A model generated the notes under the pieces. It made no database searches. It worked only from the letters and a program-made list of their open reading frames with translations, and was not told the origin of the DNA. 40,769 bases of DNA from Candidatus Rokuibacteriota bacterium (GTDB lineage Bacteria; Methylomirabilota; Methylomirabilia; Rokubacteriales; DASRDR01). Every line of letters begins with the position of its first letter. Position 1 is the first letter of the stretch. The stretch lies in assembly GCA_044866005.1 (NCBI GenBank), contig JBIOTN010000138.1, forward strand, positions 1-40,769, in the 5' to 3' direction. Shown here one piece after another: positions 19,828-29,466 of this stretch. The translations under genes were made by a program, and so were the position numbers.

Positions 19828-20681
19828 CGCGCGTTCACGCCACCGCCACCGCGAGGCCCGATCCGCGGGGGACGCCTACCGCGCTCGTCGCCGCCCTCAC
19901 CCTGGCCGTGGCGGCGGCGATGTTCGCGCTGGCCAGTCCCATCCCGCAGGACCCGGCCTACCACCACTTCGCCGACCGCCGGACGTTCCTCGGCATCCCG
20001 AACTTCGGCGACGTGGCCTCGAATCTCCCGTTCGCGGTGGTCGGGCTCTGGGGCCTCGGCCTCGTCACCCGCGCGTGGCGATCGAACGGGCGTCCCGCGT
20101 TCGTGGATCCGCGCGAGCGGTGGTGCTGGGCGGTCCTCTTCGCCGGCGTCGCGCTGACCAGCGTCGGGTCGGCCTACTATCACTGGGCCCCGGACAACGC
20201 GCGGCTCGTCTGGGACCGTCTGCCGATGACGCTCGGCTTCATGGGCGCGCTCGCCGCTGTCATCGCCGAGCGCGTCGGCCTCCGGACGGGGCTCGCGCTG
20301 CTGGGCCCGTTGCTCGTCCTCGGGCTGGCGAGCGTGTGGCTCTGGCACCGGGGCGAGCAGGTCGGGGCGGGCGACCTCCGCCTCTACGTGCTCGTCCAGC
20401 TCTATCCGCTGGTGGCGATCCCGCTCCTCATGGCCCTCTTCCCGCCCCGCTACAGCCGGGGGGGCGATCTCCTGCTCGCCGCCCTGGTCTATGTGGCGGC
20501 GAAGGGGCTCGAGCTGGCGGACGCCACGGTGTACGCGCGCGGCGGGGTCGTGAGCGGGCACACCCTGAAGCACCTGACGTCGGCCGCGGCCATCGGGCTC
20601 ATCCTCGGGATGCTGGCCCGCCGGGTCCCCGTCGCGCCCCCGTCGCGCCCCCGCGCGCCATCGTCGGCGCCGCCGGTCTGA
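19824..20681 (+). CDS. Ceramidase-like (CREST superfamily) membrane protein
   Basis: IPQDPAYHHFAD, SNLPF, GSAYYH, WDRLPM, SGHTLKH. Confidence 0.85.
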   Translation: MTRVHATATARPDPRGTPTALVAALTLAVAAAMFALASPIPQDPAYHHFADRRTFLGIPNFGDVASNLPFAVVGLWGLGLVTRAWRSNGRPAFVDPRERWCWAVLFAGVALTSVGSAYYHWAPDNARLVWDRLPMTLGFMGALAAVIAERVGLRTGLALLGPLLVLGLASVWLWHRGEQVGAGDLRLYVLVQLYPLVAIPLLMALFPPRYSRGGDLLLAALVYVAAKGLELADATVYARGGVVSGHTLKHLTSAAAIGLILGMLARRVPVAPPSRPRAPSSAPPV

Positions 20682-20684
20682 CGG

Positions 20685-21548
20685 TCAGGCGGCCCGCGCG
20701 CCCGAGCGCACGCCGCGCCTCTTCGCGTAGACCTGCGTGAACTCGGCCCCCAGGAAGAGGATCAGCGCGGAGTAATACACCCACACGAGGACGACCACGA
20801 GCGATCCGGCCGCGCCGTAGGGCGACCCGACGGTGCCCCGTCCCAGGTAGACGGCGACGAGGAATTCGCCGATCGTGAAGAGCAGCGAGGTGACCGCCCC
20901 GCCGATCCACACGTCGGCCCACGCGACCTGGACGTCCGGCAGGAACTTGAAGATCGACGCGAAGAGCAGCGTGATGACGCCGACCGAGAGGACGAAGTTC
21001 ATGGCCTGCAGCGCGTAGGCGGTATAGACGGTGCCGGGCAGCAGGTCGACGAAGTACGTCGCGATCGTCGCCAGGGCCGCGCTCAGGACGAGCGACACCA
21101 TGAGCAGGAAGCCGATGCCCATCACCATGGCCAGCGACATGACGTAGTCCCGGATCATGCCCAGCAGGCCGCGCCCCGTCGGCGTCGTCACGCCCCACAC
21201 GGTGTTCAGCGCGTCCTTGAGCTCGGCCACGAGGCCGGATGCCCCCAGCAGGAGCATGGCGATGCTGATGGCCGTGGCGATGATGCCGGCGGCGGGCTTC
21301 CGGGCGCTTCCGATCATGGTCTGGATGGTCCGGGCGCCATCCGCCCCGACGACCCCTTCGATCCGCTCGACGATCCGGCCCTGCGCGGCGGCTTCGCCGA
21401 ACGCCAGCCCGGCGATCGCGATCAGGATGATCAGCAACGGGGCCAGCGAGAACACGGTGTAGTAGGCCAGCGCGGCGCTCAGCCGCGGCGCCCGGTGATC
21501 GAGCCACGCGGCGAACGTCTCCTTGACCAGCGTCACCGCGGTGTTCAC
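20685..21548 (-). CDS. YihY/virulence factor BrkB family membrane protein
   Basis: AALAYYTVFSLAP, YGAAGS..V.L.WVYYSA.I..LGAE. Confidence 0.92.
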   Translation of the reverse strand: MNTAVTLVKETFAAWLDHRAPRLSAALAYYTVFSLAPLLIILIAIAGLAFGEAAAQGRIVERIEGVVGADGARTIQTMIGSARKPAAGIIATAISIAMLLLGASGLVAELKDALNTVWGVTTPTGRGLLGMIRDYVMSLAMVMGIGFLLMVSLVLSAALATIATYFVDLLPGTVYTAYALQAMNFVLSVGVITLLFASIFKFLPDVQVAWADVWIGGAVTSLLFTIGEFLVAVYLGRGTVGSPYGAAGSLVVVLVWVYYSALILFLGAEFTQVYAKRRGVRSGARAA

Positions 21549-21630
21549 AGCCTCATGGCCTCGGCGAGACGCGGGCCGACGTGCCCGGCTGGCCGGCCCG
21601 GCGCGGACGGGCGAGGCCGCGCCGGCCGGG

Positions 21631-21909
21631 CTAGAGCCTGGCCGTCAGGCCTCGGATGGCGCCGAACCGGATGACCCAGCCGCAGCTACCCGAACAGCCG
21701 TCGTTCAGGCAGGTGATGATCTCCGGATGGACGGGATCGATGGTGACCTTGCACCCGCCGGTGAGATCGCACTCGCACTGGAACGTCACGCCCAGGTTGA
21801 TGCGACGCCGCATGAGGGCCACGCGGTTCTTCCCCAGCCTCTTGAAGCTGTACCCCTTGCTGCACCGGAGTGTCTTGCCCCGCCCGGGGCGCCTGGCTTT
21901 CCTGGCCAT
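21631..21909 (-). CDS. Small basic Cys-rich hypothetical protein (92 aa, 7 Cys)
   Basis: AAAGGAG RBS before ATG; CEC...GGC...C...C..SC pattern. Confidence 0.7.
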   Translation of the reverse strand: MARKARRPGRGKTLRCSKGYSFKRLGKNRVALMRRRINLGVTFQCECDLTGGCKVTIDPVHPEIITCLNDGCSGSCGWVIRFGAIRGLTARL

Positions 21910-22060
21910 AACCGCTCCTTTCGCGTGAACCCATGACGCGGTGGGGCCGCCCCCGGCGTCAGGCGTGGTGTCCGGCCGGGTCAGGTCTATCCCGCCATCA
22001 TTGCGTGCCGCCTGTCAACCGGCGGGTCGGGCGGCACCGGGCCTGCAAGCGCCTCGCCGC

Positions 22061-23146
22061 ATGGCCCATGCCGTCCCGCGCCTGGCCGCCGCGCCCGGGC
22101 GGGTCCGCTTCGTGGACGCCCTCCGCGGGCTCGCCGTCGTCCTCATGGTCGTCAACCACACGGCGCGCTGGTGGCTCGCCCCCGCGGTGGGCGACGGGCG
22201 CGAAGCGCTCATCTACACGACGATGGCGCTGGCGGGGCCGACGTTCCTTCTCCTGGTCGGCTTCTCGCTGGCGCTCGGGTATCACCGCGCCACGGTGGCC
22301 GGCGGCCGGCCCTGGCGCGCGGTGGCGCGGCGGAGCCTCCAGCGCGCGGCGGGGATCGCCCTCGCCGGCTTCGCCCTCAACGCCGTCGTCTTTCCGGACG
22401 ACCTGGTCGGCGCGCGCGTCCTCCTGAGCATCGCCCTGGCGCTCGTGGTCGCCACGCCGCTCCTCCCGCTCGCCCGCCGCCGGGCCGGCCGCCTCGCGCT
22501 CCTGGTCCTGGCCTTCGCCCTGTATGCGGCGTTCCCGCCGGCCGCCCCGGCCCTCGCCGCCTGGTCGCGCGCCCATCCCATCGCCGCGAGCCTGCTCTTC
22601 CGGGAGTTTCCGCTGTTCCCCTGGCTCGCGCTCGTGCTCCTGGGCGTGGTGCTCGGCTGGCACGAGGCCGCCGCGCCGGCCGCCGCGCGCCGGACCCGGC
22701 GCTACACGGCGATCGGCCTCGGCGGGCTCGCTGCCCTCCTCGCGTACGCCTGGCTCGAGCCGGCGACGCCGGTGGCCGCCCGCCTGGCCTTCGGCCGCGA
22801 CCTCACGCTCAACGACTACTGGACCGCGGGGCCCGTGACCGCGGTGGGGATCACCGGCGCGCTGCTCGCTCTGCTCGCCCTCGCGTACGGGGTGGTGGAG
22901 CGAGGCGGCTGGTCCCTCCCGGGCCTCCTCCTCCTCGGCCGGGCGGCGCTCGTGCTCTACGTCGTCCACCTGGTCGTCGTGGTGGCCCTGGTCCGGGAGG
23001 CGGGCGGCCTCGTTCTCGGCGACTGGCCGAGCTACGCGGCGGCGACGGCGCTGCTCCTCGTGTTCCTGCTGGCGCTGGCCCGTGCCTGGCTCCTGCTTCG
23101 CGGCCGCTGGCAGGGCCGGCGGCGCCTCGTCCCGCGCCCCGCCTGA
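22061..23146 (+). CDS. DUF1624/HGSNAT-type membrane acyltransferase
   Basis: RVRFVDALRGLAVVLMVVNH, F...VGFS, FPLFPW, YVVH. Confidence 0.85.
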   Translation: MAHAVPRLAAAPGRVRFVDALRGLAVVLMVVNHTARWWLAPAVGDGREALIYTTMALAGPTFLLLVGFSLALGYHRATVAGGRPWRAVARRSLQRAAGIALAGFALNAVVFPDDLVGARVLLSIALALVVATPLLPLARRRAGRLALLVLAFALYAAFPPAAPALAAWSRAHPIAASLLFREFPLFPWLALVLLGVVLGWHEAAAPAAARRTRRYTAIGLGGLAALLAYAWLEPATPVAARLAFGRDLTLNDYWTAGPVTAVGITGALLALLALAYGVVERGGWSLPGLLLLGRAALVLYVVHLVVVVALVREAGGLVLGDWPSYAAATALLLVFLLALARAWLLLRGRWQGRRRLVPRPA

Positions 23147-23218
23147 TCTCCACGCCACGGCCCATCGCGCCGGGCGGCTGGCTCCCGCGCCGCCCGGGCG
23201 CCTCCGTACGTGCCGGGC

Positions 23219-23248
23219 TTGACAGCCTCCGCGGCTCCCCCATATGTT
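23219..23248 (+). promoter_or_regulatory. Putative sigma70 promoter
   Basis: TTGACA-N18-TATGTT in an AT-richer patch upstream of 23425. Confidence 0.55.
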
Positions 23249-23424
23249 TCACTTAAGCGAGCTTCCCTAAAGATTGCCGGACCGGGAGGGGGAGGCAGCC
23301 GATGCTCCGACTCCCTGTGTCTCCGGCCCTCGCCCCCGCCCGGCGCCCCTGTCGCGCGTCATCGCCCGGTTCCCGTCACGCCCCGTCGAGGCCGGCCCAC
23401 GTCCCGCGTTCGAGGAGGATCGCC

Positions 23425-25383
23425 ATGCAGATCCCGCGCATGCTCGTGGTGTGTGTGCTCGTCGGGCTCGTTCCGGTCGGCTCGGCGCTGGCCGCGGATC
23501 CCGCGGTCGTGACCATCACGCCGGACGGCGGGCCGGCGACCTGGCAGGGGGCGTTCACGGTCGCGGGGGCCAACGTCTCGAACGCCGTGGCGCGCCAGCT
23601 CTGTCCGGGCGATCCGGGCGCGGTCCCCGGCGTCCACGAGTGCGACGTGCTCGAGCTGACGGTCAGCGTCCCGCCGGGGTTCTGGGACACCCACAAGGGC
23701 GGCGTCAGCATCGCGATCGACTGGGACTTCCTGGACCCCACGGGGTCCGCCAACGACTTCGACATGTACGTGTTCCGGAAGCCGCCATCCGGTGAGCCGG
23801 TGGCCAACCCGCTGGCCTCGTCGGCTCAGGGGGCGACGACCGAGGAGCACGCGCTCCTCTACAACCCCGAAGGGACGTACCTGGTGCGGGTCAACCCGTT
23901 CCTCGTCGCCGCCGAGGGGTACCGCGGCCGGGTCGAGTTCTTCTCCCTCGACGCGATCCCCGAGGCGCCCGGCGGCCTCCGGACGGTGCGCGCGTCCAGC
24001 ACCGGGTTCCTCTCCTACTCGGAGCCGCACATCGCGATCGACCCGCTCGATTCAAACCACCTGGTGGCGGGATCGAAGATGTACCAGAACCTGGAAGCCT
24101 ACCGCTTCAAGATCGGGACGTTCGTCTCCTTCGACGGCGGCCGGTCGTGGACCGACAACGGCCACCTGCCCGGCTATCCCGCGCAGACCGGGAGCGAGGC
24201 CGACTACTACATCACGAGCGACGTCTGGACGGCGTTCGACGACGAGGGGAACGCCTACGCGATGGTGCTCGACAACCCGGCGAACTCCGCGACGGGTGCC
24301 GGCTGGGGGATGTCCCTCCACAAGTCGACGGACGGCGGCCGGACCTGGAGCGGGCCCATCCCGATCCACCGGAACAGCGACCCGGTCAGCAACCTCCTGT
24401 TCCTCGACGACAAGAACACGCTGGCCGTGGACAACTACGGCCCGGACCGGGACGGGATCACCGGGCACCTGTACGCCTGCTGGTCCTTCGACGCCTTCGC
24501 CGCCAACCTCGCCGTCTTCGTCTCCCGCTCGACCGACGGCGGCCTCACCTGGTCTGTGCCGCAGAACGTGTCGGGGACGGACCGGCAGGTCATCGGCTGT
24601 CACGTGGTCATCGGCCCGCCGCTGACGCCCGGCGGCCCGGGCGTCGTCTACGTGTTCTGGCTCCGCTTCGCGGGGGACGGGACGATCCGGATGACCCGGT
24701 CGGTGGACGGGGGCGAGACCTTCGCCGCGCCGACGAGCGTGCGCGCCATCCGCCAGGTCCCGCGGAAGTTCCCGAACTCCGAGTTCCGCAACCTCTCGCT
24801 CCCCTCGGCCGGCGTGGACCCCGGCACGGGGACGGTCTACGTGAGCTGGGCGGACTACCACGCGACCATCGCCGGCGAGCCCTGCCCGCCGGACGCGGAG
24901 GCGCCGGCCGGCCAGGTGTGCGACGCCGACATCCTCCTCGTCCGGTCCGCCGACCGCGGCGCCACGTGGAGCGAGCCCCTGCGGGTGAACCAGGACCCGC
25001 TCGGCAACGGCAAGGACCAGTTCCAGCAGGCCCTGGCCGTCACCCCGCGCGGTCAGCTCACCATGATGTGGTTCGACCGGCGGAACGACCCGCAGAACTT
25101 CTACATCGACACCTTCTTCGCCCGCTCCAACGACGGCGGTCAGGCCTGGACCGAGACGCGCGTCACGCGGACCATGTGGGACCCCTCGGTGAACCCGCCG
25201 ATCTCGCCGTCGGGCCACTTCATCGGCGACTACCAGGGGATCGTCGCCACTGACGAGGTCGCGATCCCGTTCTGGAACGACACCACGCTGGCGAACCTCG
25301 ACTCCTCGAATCCGAAGCACTCGCCCTTCCAGGAGGCCTTCTCGGCACGGATCCCGAACACGCGGAAGTTCGGCGGGCCATGA
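23425..25383 (+). CDS. Secreted BNR/Asp-box (sialidase-like) beta-propeller protein with N-terminal PPC-like domain
   Basis: Signal peptide (ALA), repeated Asp boxes SxDGGxTW, DFDMYV, FIGDY; GAGGAGG RBS. Confidence 0.85.
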   Translation: MQIPRMLVVCVLVGLVPVGSALAADPAVVTITPDGGPATWQGAFTVAGANVSNAVARQLCPGDPGAVPGVHECDVLELTVSVPPGFWDTHKGGVSIAIDWDFLDPTGSANDFDMYVFRKPPSGEPVANPLASSAQGATTEEHALLYNPEGTYLVRVNPFLVAAEGYRGRVEFFSLDAIPEAPGGLRTVRASSTGFLSYSEPHIAIDPLDSNHLVAGSKMYQNLEAYRFKIGTFVSFDGGRSWTDNGHLPGYPAQTGSEADYYITSDVWTAFDDEGNAYAMVLDNPANSATGAGWGMSLHKSTDGGRTWSGPIPIHRNSDPVSNLLFLDDKNTLAVDNYGPDRDGITGHLYACWSFDAFAANLAVFVSRSTDGGLTWSVPQNVSGTDRQVIGCHVVIGPPLTPGGPGVVYVFWLRFAGDGTIRMTRSVDGGETFAAPTSVRAIRQVPRKFPNSEFRNLSLPSAGVDPGTGTVYVSWADYHATIAGEPCPPDAEAPAGQVCDADILLVRSADRGATWSEPLRVNQDPLGNGKDQFQQALAVTPRGQLTMMWFDRRNDPQNFYIDTFFARSNDGGQAWTETRVTRTMWDPSVNPPISPSGHFIGDYQGIVATDEVAIPFWNDTTLANLDSSNPKHSPFQEAFSARIPNTRKFGGP

Positions 25384-25406
25384 GGCGGGCCATGAGGCGG
25401 GCATGA
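25372..25406 (+). repeat. Tandem repeat GGCGGGCCATGA x3 (third copy 1 nt shorter) spanning the stop codon
   Basis: Read directly. Confidence 0.85.
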
Positions 25407-25455
25407 GGGGGAAGGTCCGCCGGCGGGGGCCGAGGGAACGTGAGGGGGCCGCACG

Positions 25456-26034
25456 ATGGACTGGCGCGCGCTGATCGTCGACGGCTACGAGCGGCTGCCG
25501 GACGTGATGAAGGAGGTGCTGGCCGGCGTGCGCCCGGCCGACCTCGACCAGCAGCCACACCCGGACTGCAACAGCCTCGGGTGGACGGCGTGGCACCTGA
25601 CCCGGGTCCAGGACAGCCAGATCGCCGAGCTGATGGGCCAGGAGCAGCTGTGGATCCGGGACGGCTGGCACGAGAAGTTCGGGCGCCCGGCCGACCCCGA
25701 GGACACGGGCTACGGCCACACGCCGCGCGAGGTGCGAGCCTTCCGCTCGCCCAGCGTCGGGGTCCAGCTCGCCTACCTCCGGGGCGTCGTCGCGCGCACC
25801 ATGGCGTATCTCGCTGCCCTGACCCCCGCCGACCTCGCCCGCGCGCTCGACGAGCCGTGGCAACGGCCGCGGCCGACCGTCGGCGTGCGGATCGTGAGCG
25901 TCCTGGCGGACTGCCACCAGCACGCCGGCGAGGCGTCGTACATCCGCGGCCTCCTCGAGGCCGAACGAAAAGGCGCGACGACCGTCCGGACGCGCGCCGG
26001 AGGGAAAGGGGCGTCGCGCAGCGGAAGGCGATGA
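25456..26034 (+). CDS. DinB family protein
   Basis: NSLGW.AWHLTR..D, TGYGHT, DCHQHAGE..YIRG metal-binding His pattern. Confidence 0.88.
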   Translation: MDWRALIVDGYERLPDVMKEVLAGVRPADLDQQPHPDCNSLGWTAWHLTRVQDSQIAELMGQEQLWIRDGWHEKFGRPADPEDTGYGHTPREVRAFRSPSVGVQLAYLRGVVARTMAYLAALTPADLARALDEPWQRPRPTVGVRIVSVLADCHQHAGEASYIRGLLEAERKGATTVRTRAGGKGASRSGRR

Positions 26035-26038
26035 TGGG

Positions 26039-26608
26039 ATGAGCGCCACGGCGGCGACGCGGTGGGTGACGATCCTCGCCCTCTGCGCGGGGACGGGATC
26101 GGTCGCGCAGGCCACGGAGACGATCTGGGAGGCGCTGCGGGCGCCGGGCGCCGTCGTCGTGCTGCGCCACAGCTATGCCCCCGGCGGCTTCGATCCGCCC
26201 GGCGCCCGGCTCGACGACTGCTCGACCCAGCGCAACCTGGACGAGAGCGGCCGGGCGCAGGCCGGACGGCTTGGCGCGGCGTTCCGGCACCACGGCATCG
26301 CGGTCGGCACGGTGCTGTCCAGCCCGCGCTGCCGGTGCCTCGACACGGCGCGCCTGGCCTTCGGGCAGGTGGAGCCGTGGGAACCGTTGCAGGGCGCGCT
26401 CGACGACGCCGAGCGGCGCCGGCGTCAGATCGCCGAGATCAGGGAGCGGATCGCCGCCCATACGAGCGGCCCGCCGCTGGTGCTCGTCACCCACGGGAGC
26501 GTGGTCACCGACCTGACCGGGCTCAGCCTCCGCATGGGCGAGTTCGTCGTGCTGCGCCCGTCGGCGGCCGATCGCCATGGGGCCGCGGGCCAGCTCTACG
26601 TGGAGTGA
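26039..26608 (+). CDS. Histidine phosphatase family protein, exported
   Basis: LRHS, CSTQRNL...G, SSP.CRC..TA, LVTH. Confidence 0.88.
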   Translation: MSATAATRWVTILALCAGTGSVAQATETIWEALRAPGAVVVLRHSYAPGGFDPPGARLDDCSTQRNLDESGRAQAGRLGAAFRHHGIAVGTVLSSPRCRCLDTARLAFGQVEPWEPLQGALDDAERRRRQIAEIRERIAAHTSGPPLVLVTHGSVVTDLTGLSLRMGEFVVLRPSAADRHGAAGQLYVE

Positions 26609-26748
26609 CGCCAGGCTGACCGACCCGCGCGGCTCCCCTGCCGCCGGACGGCCGCCACGCCTCGAGCGGTCCGGCCCGTCCAGGACCGGGCGCGCCCGGC
26701 TGCGGTAGAATCCCGACATGCGCGAGCGGGCCGGCCGGAGCGCCATCG

Positions 26749-28434
26749 ATGGCTGAGATGAGCGCGGGCCGCGCGGTCATCGAGGTCCTGAAGGCGGAAG
26801 AGGTGCGCTACGTCTTCGGGATCGTCGGCTCGACCTTCCTCGATGTCCTGGACGTCCTCTACGACGACAAGAGCGTTGAATACGTGAACGTGCGCCACGA
26901 GCAAGGCGCGGCGTTCATGGCGGACGGCCTGGCCCGGGTCACCGGCGCGCCGGCGGCGTGCCTGGTCACCAGCGGGCCGGGGGCGACGAACCTCCTCACG
27001 GGGATCGCGGCCGCCTACGTCGCCCACTCGCCGGTGCTCGCCATCGCCGGGGGGCCGCCCCTCGGGCACGCTCACCGGGACGCCTTCCAGGAATTCGACC
27101 TGGTCAGCATGTTCAAGCCGGTGACGAAGCTGGCGATCCAGGTCACCCGGCCGGACCGCATCGTGGAGAGCCTCCACCACGCCCTCCGGACCGCCATGAC
27201 GGGCCGCAAGGGGCCGGTGTTCGTCGAGATCCCGCGCGACGTGCTGAGCGCGCCCGCGGTCCGGACCGAGATCGCGCCCCCGGCGAGCTATCGCCCCACG
27301 CACCCGCCCCCGCCGCATCCGGAGGCCGTCCGCGAGGCGGCGCGCCGGCTCCGGGAGGCCGAGCGGCCGCTCCTGCTGGTGGGCGGCGGCGTCACCTGGG
27401 CCGGGGCCAGCGACCTGGTGGTCCGGCTGAGCGCCCGGCACGCCCTGCCGGTGGTGACCGCCTACGGGCGCAACGACGCCGTGCCCAACGCCCATCCGCT
27501 CTACATCGGCCCGCTGGGCCGAGCCGGCTCGCCGGAGGCGGCGGCCGCCTGCCGCCGCGCCGACCTCCTCCTCGTGGTCGGCTCGCGCCTGGGGCAATTC
27601 ACGAGCTTCTACGACGCGCGCTACATCCAGCCCGGCACCCCGATCGTCCAGATCGACATCGACGGCCGCGACATCGGCCGGCACTATCCCGTCGCCGTCG
27701 GGATCCAGGCCGACGCCCGCGAGGCGCTCGCCGCCTTGCTGGACGCCGCGGAGCCCGACGGCCGGCCGCGGAGCCGCGAGGCCTGGCAGCGGGAGGCCGA
27801 GGCGCTGCGCGCGACCCGCCAGGCGCGCCTGTCGGCAGAGGCGCGCCTGGACGCGCGGCCGGTCAAGCCCCAGCGCGTCTACGCGGAGCTCCGCCGCGTG
27901 CTGGCGCCCGAGACGATCGTCACGCTCGACGCCGGCGCGGCCCCGGCCTACGGCTACGATCGCCTGCACTTCTCTCAGCCCCGGACGTTCCTGACCCCGC
28001 TCGACCTGGGCGGCCTGGGCTTTGCCCTGCCGGTCGCCCTCGGCGCGAAGCTCGGCCGGCCCGAGGCGCCGGTGCTCGCCATCCACGGGGACGGCGGCTT
28101 CCTCATGAACGCGCAGGAGCTGGAGACGGCGGTGCGCCACGGGATCCACGTGGTGACCCTGGTGTTGAACAACGACTGCTGGGGCTCCGAGAAGGCCTAC
28201 CAGAAGCAGTTCTACGATGCGCGCTACGTCGGGGTCGACCTCGGCAACCCCCGGTACGACCGGTACGCCGAGCTCTTCGGAGCCCGGGGCTACCACGTGG
28301 CCGAGCCGGATCAGATCGGCGACGCGGTGCGCGCGGCGCTCGGCTGCGGCAAGCCCGCGGTCATCGAGATCCCCATCGATCCCGACGAGTTCCCGGCGCC
28401 GGCGACCGAGGCCGGCCGTCGCCGGGAGGGCTGA
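26749..28434 (+). CDS. TPP-dependent enzyme, acetolactate synthase/Xsc-like
   Basis: FGIVGS, RHEQ, SGPG, GDGGF...NN TPP motif. Confidence 0.9.
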   Translation: MAEMSAGRAVIEVLKAEEVRYVFGIVGSTFLDVLDVLYDDKSVEYVNVRHEQGAAFMADGLARVTGAPAACLVTSGPGATNLLTGIAAAYVAHSPVLAIAGGPPLGHAHRDAFQEFDLVSMFKPVTKLAIQVTRPDRIVESLHHALRTAMTGRKGPVFVEIPRDVLSAPAVRTEIAPPASYRPTHPPPPHPEAVREAARRLREAERPLLLVGGGVTWAGASDLVVRLSARHALPVVTAYGRNDAVPNAHPLYIGPLGRAGSPEAAAACRRADLLLVVGSRLGQFTSFYDARYIQPGTPIVQIDIDGRDIGRHYPVAVGIQADAREALAALLDAAEPDGRPRSREAWQREAEALRATRQARLSAEARLDARPVKPQRVYAELRRVLAPETIVTLDAGAAPAYGYDRLHFSQPRTFLTPLDLGGLGFALPVALGAKLGRPEAPVLAIHGDGGFLMNAQELETAVRHGIHVVTLVLNNDCWGSEKAYQKQFYDARYVGVDLGNPRYDRYAELFGARGYHVAEPDQIGDAVRAALGCGKPAVIEIPIDPDEFPAPATEAGRRREG

Positions 28435-28441
28435 CCCCGGC

Positions 28442-29425
28442 GTGGCGAAGCCGCTCGTCGTGTTCCTCGATCCCCACGGACCCGCGGTGCGCGCCGCCAT
28501 CCAGGCCGAATGCCCGCCGGAGCTCGCGCTCCGCATGACGCCCGCGGGGGACCGGGCCGACCGGCACTCCCTGGTCGGCGACGCCGAGTTCCTCGTCGGC
28601 GGCATCACCCCCATCCCCGCCAGCCTCATCCATGCCGCGCCGAGACTGCGCCTGATCCACAAGTGGGGGATCGGCGTCGACAAGATCGACCTCGCGGCGG
28701 CCCGGGCGCGCGGCGTCCCGGTCGCGATCACCGCCGGCGCCAATGCCGTGCCGGTCGCCGAGTTCACGCTCCTGCTCCTGCTGGCCGTCCTCCGCCGCCT
28801 GCCCTACCGCGAGGCGCAGCTCCGGGCAGGGGAATGGGAGCGGCCGCGCGGCGAGGCGCGGGCCCAGGCCCGCCAGCTCCGCGGCCAGGTCGTCGCCCTG
28901 ATCGGCCTGGGGGCGATCGGCCGGGAAGTCGCCCGGCGCCTGCGGGCGTTCGACGCGGACGTCCGCTATTTCGACGTGCGGCGCCTGGCCCCCGACGAGG
29001 AGCGCACCCTCGGCGTCGGCTTCCGTGACCTCGACGCGCTCCTGCCGGAGGCGGACGTCGTGAGCCTCCACGTGCCGCTGCTCCCGTCGACCCGGCGGCT
29101 CCTGAGCCGGGAGCGGATCGCCCGCCTGCCGCCGCACGCGATCGTGATCAACACGGCCCGGGGCGAGCTGGTGGACGAGGAGGCCCTGGCGGAGGCGCTC
29201 GCGGACGGCCGGCTCGCCGGCGCCGGCGTCGACGTCTTCGGGGCCGAGCCGCCCCCGACCGAGCATCCGCTGCTGCGGGTGAAGGCGCCCGGCCTCGTGC
29301 TCGCGCCCCACGTGGCGGGCTCGGTCTTCGACAACGTGGGCCACGTCGCCCGCCACGTGTTCGCGAACATCCGGCGCGTGCTCGCCGGCGAGCCCTTGCC
29401 GCCGTGCGACCTCGTGTCCGGTTAG
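28442..29425 (+). CDS. D-isomer-specific 2-hydroxyacid dehydrogenase
   Basis: G.GVDKID, GLGAIG, INTARG, DVF..EP, PHVAG. Confidence 0.92.
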   Translation: MAKPLVVFLDPHGPAVRAAIQAECPPELALRMTPAGDRADRHSLVGDAEFLVGGITPIPASLIHAAPRLRLIHKWGIGVDKIDLAAARARGVPVAITAGANAVPVAEFTLLLLLAVLRRLPYREAQLRAGEWERPRGEARAQARQLRGQVVALIGLGAIGREVARRLRAFDADVRYFDVRRLAPDEERTLGVGFRDLDALLPEADVVSLHVPLLPSTRRLLSRERIARLPPHAIVINTARGELVDEEALAEALADGRLAGAGVDVFGAEPPPTEHPLLRVKAPGLVLAPHVAGSVFDNVGHVARHVFANIRRVLAGEPLPPCDLVSG

Positions 29426-29458
29426 TTTCTTCGGGGGGGTCTCGGACGACCCCCCCGA
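29423..29458 (+). repeat. REP-like palindromic repeat, copy 2
   Basis: TAGTTTCTTCGGGGGGGTCTCGGACGACCCCCCCGA; see 3155-3190. Confidence 0.85.
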
Positions 29459-29466
29459 CTCATACG

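Noticed and set aside
25372..25406. Short repeats here and at 19266-19301 as a CRISPR array
   Set aside because: Units are too short, there are no unique spacers and no cas genes
26749..28434. Assigning ilvB or xsc
   Set aside because: No ilvH/ilvC or pta/taurine genes nearby; motifs alone do not settle the function
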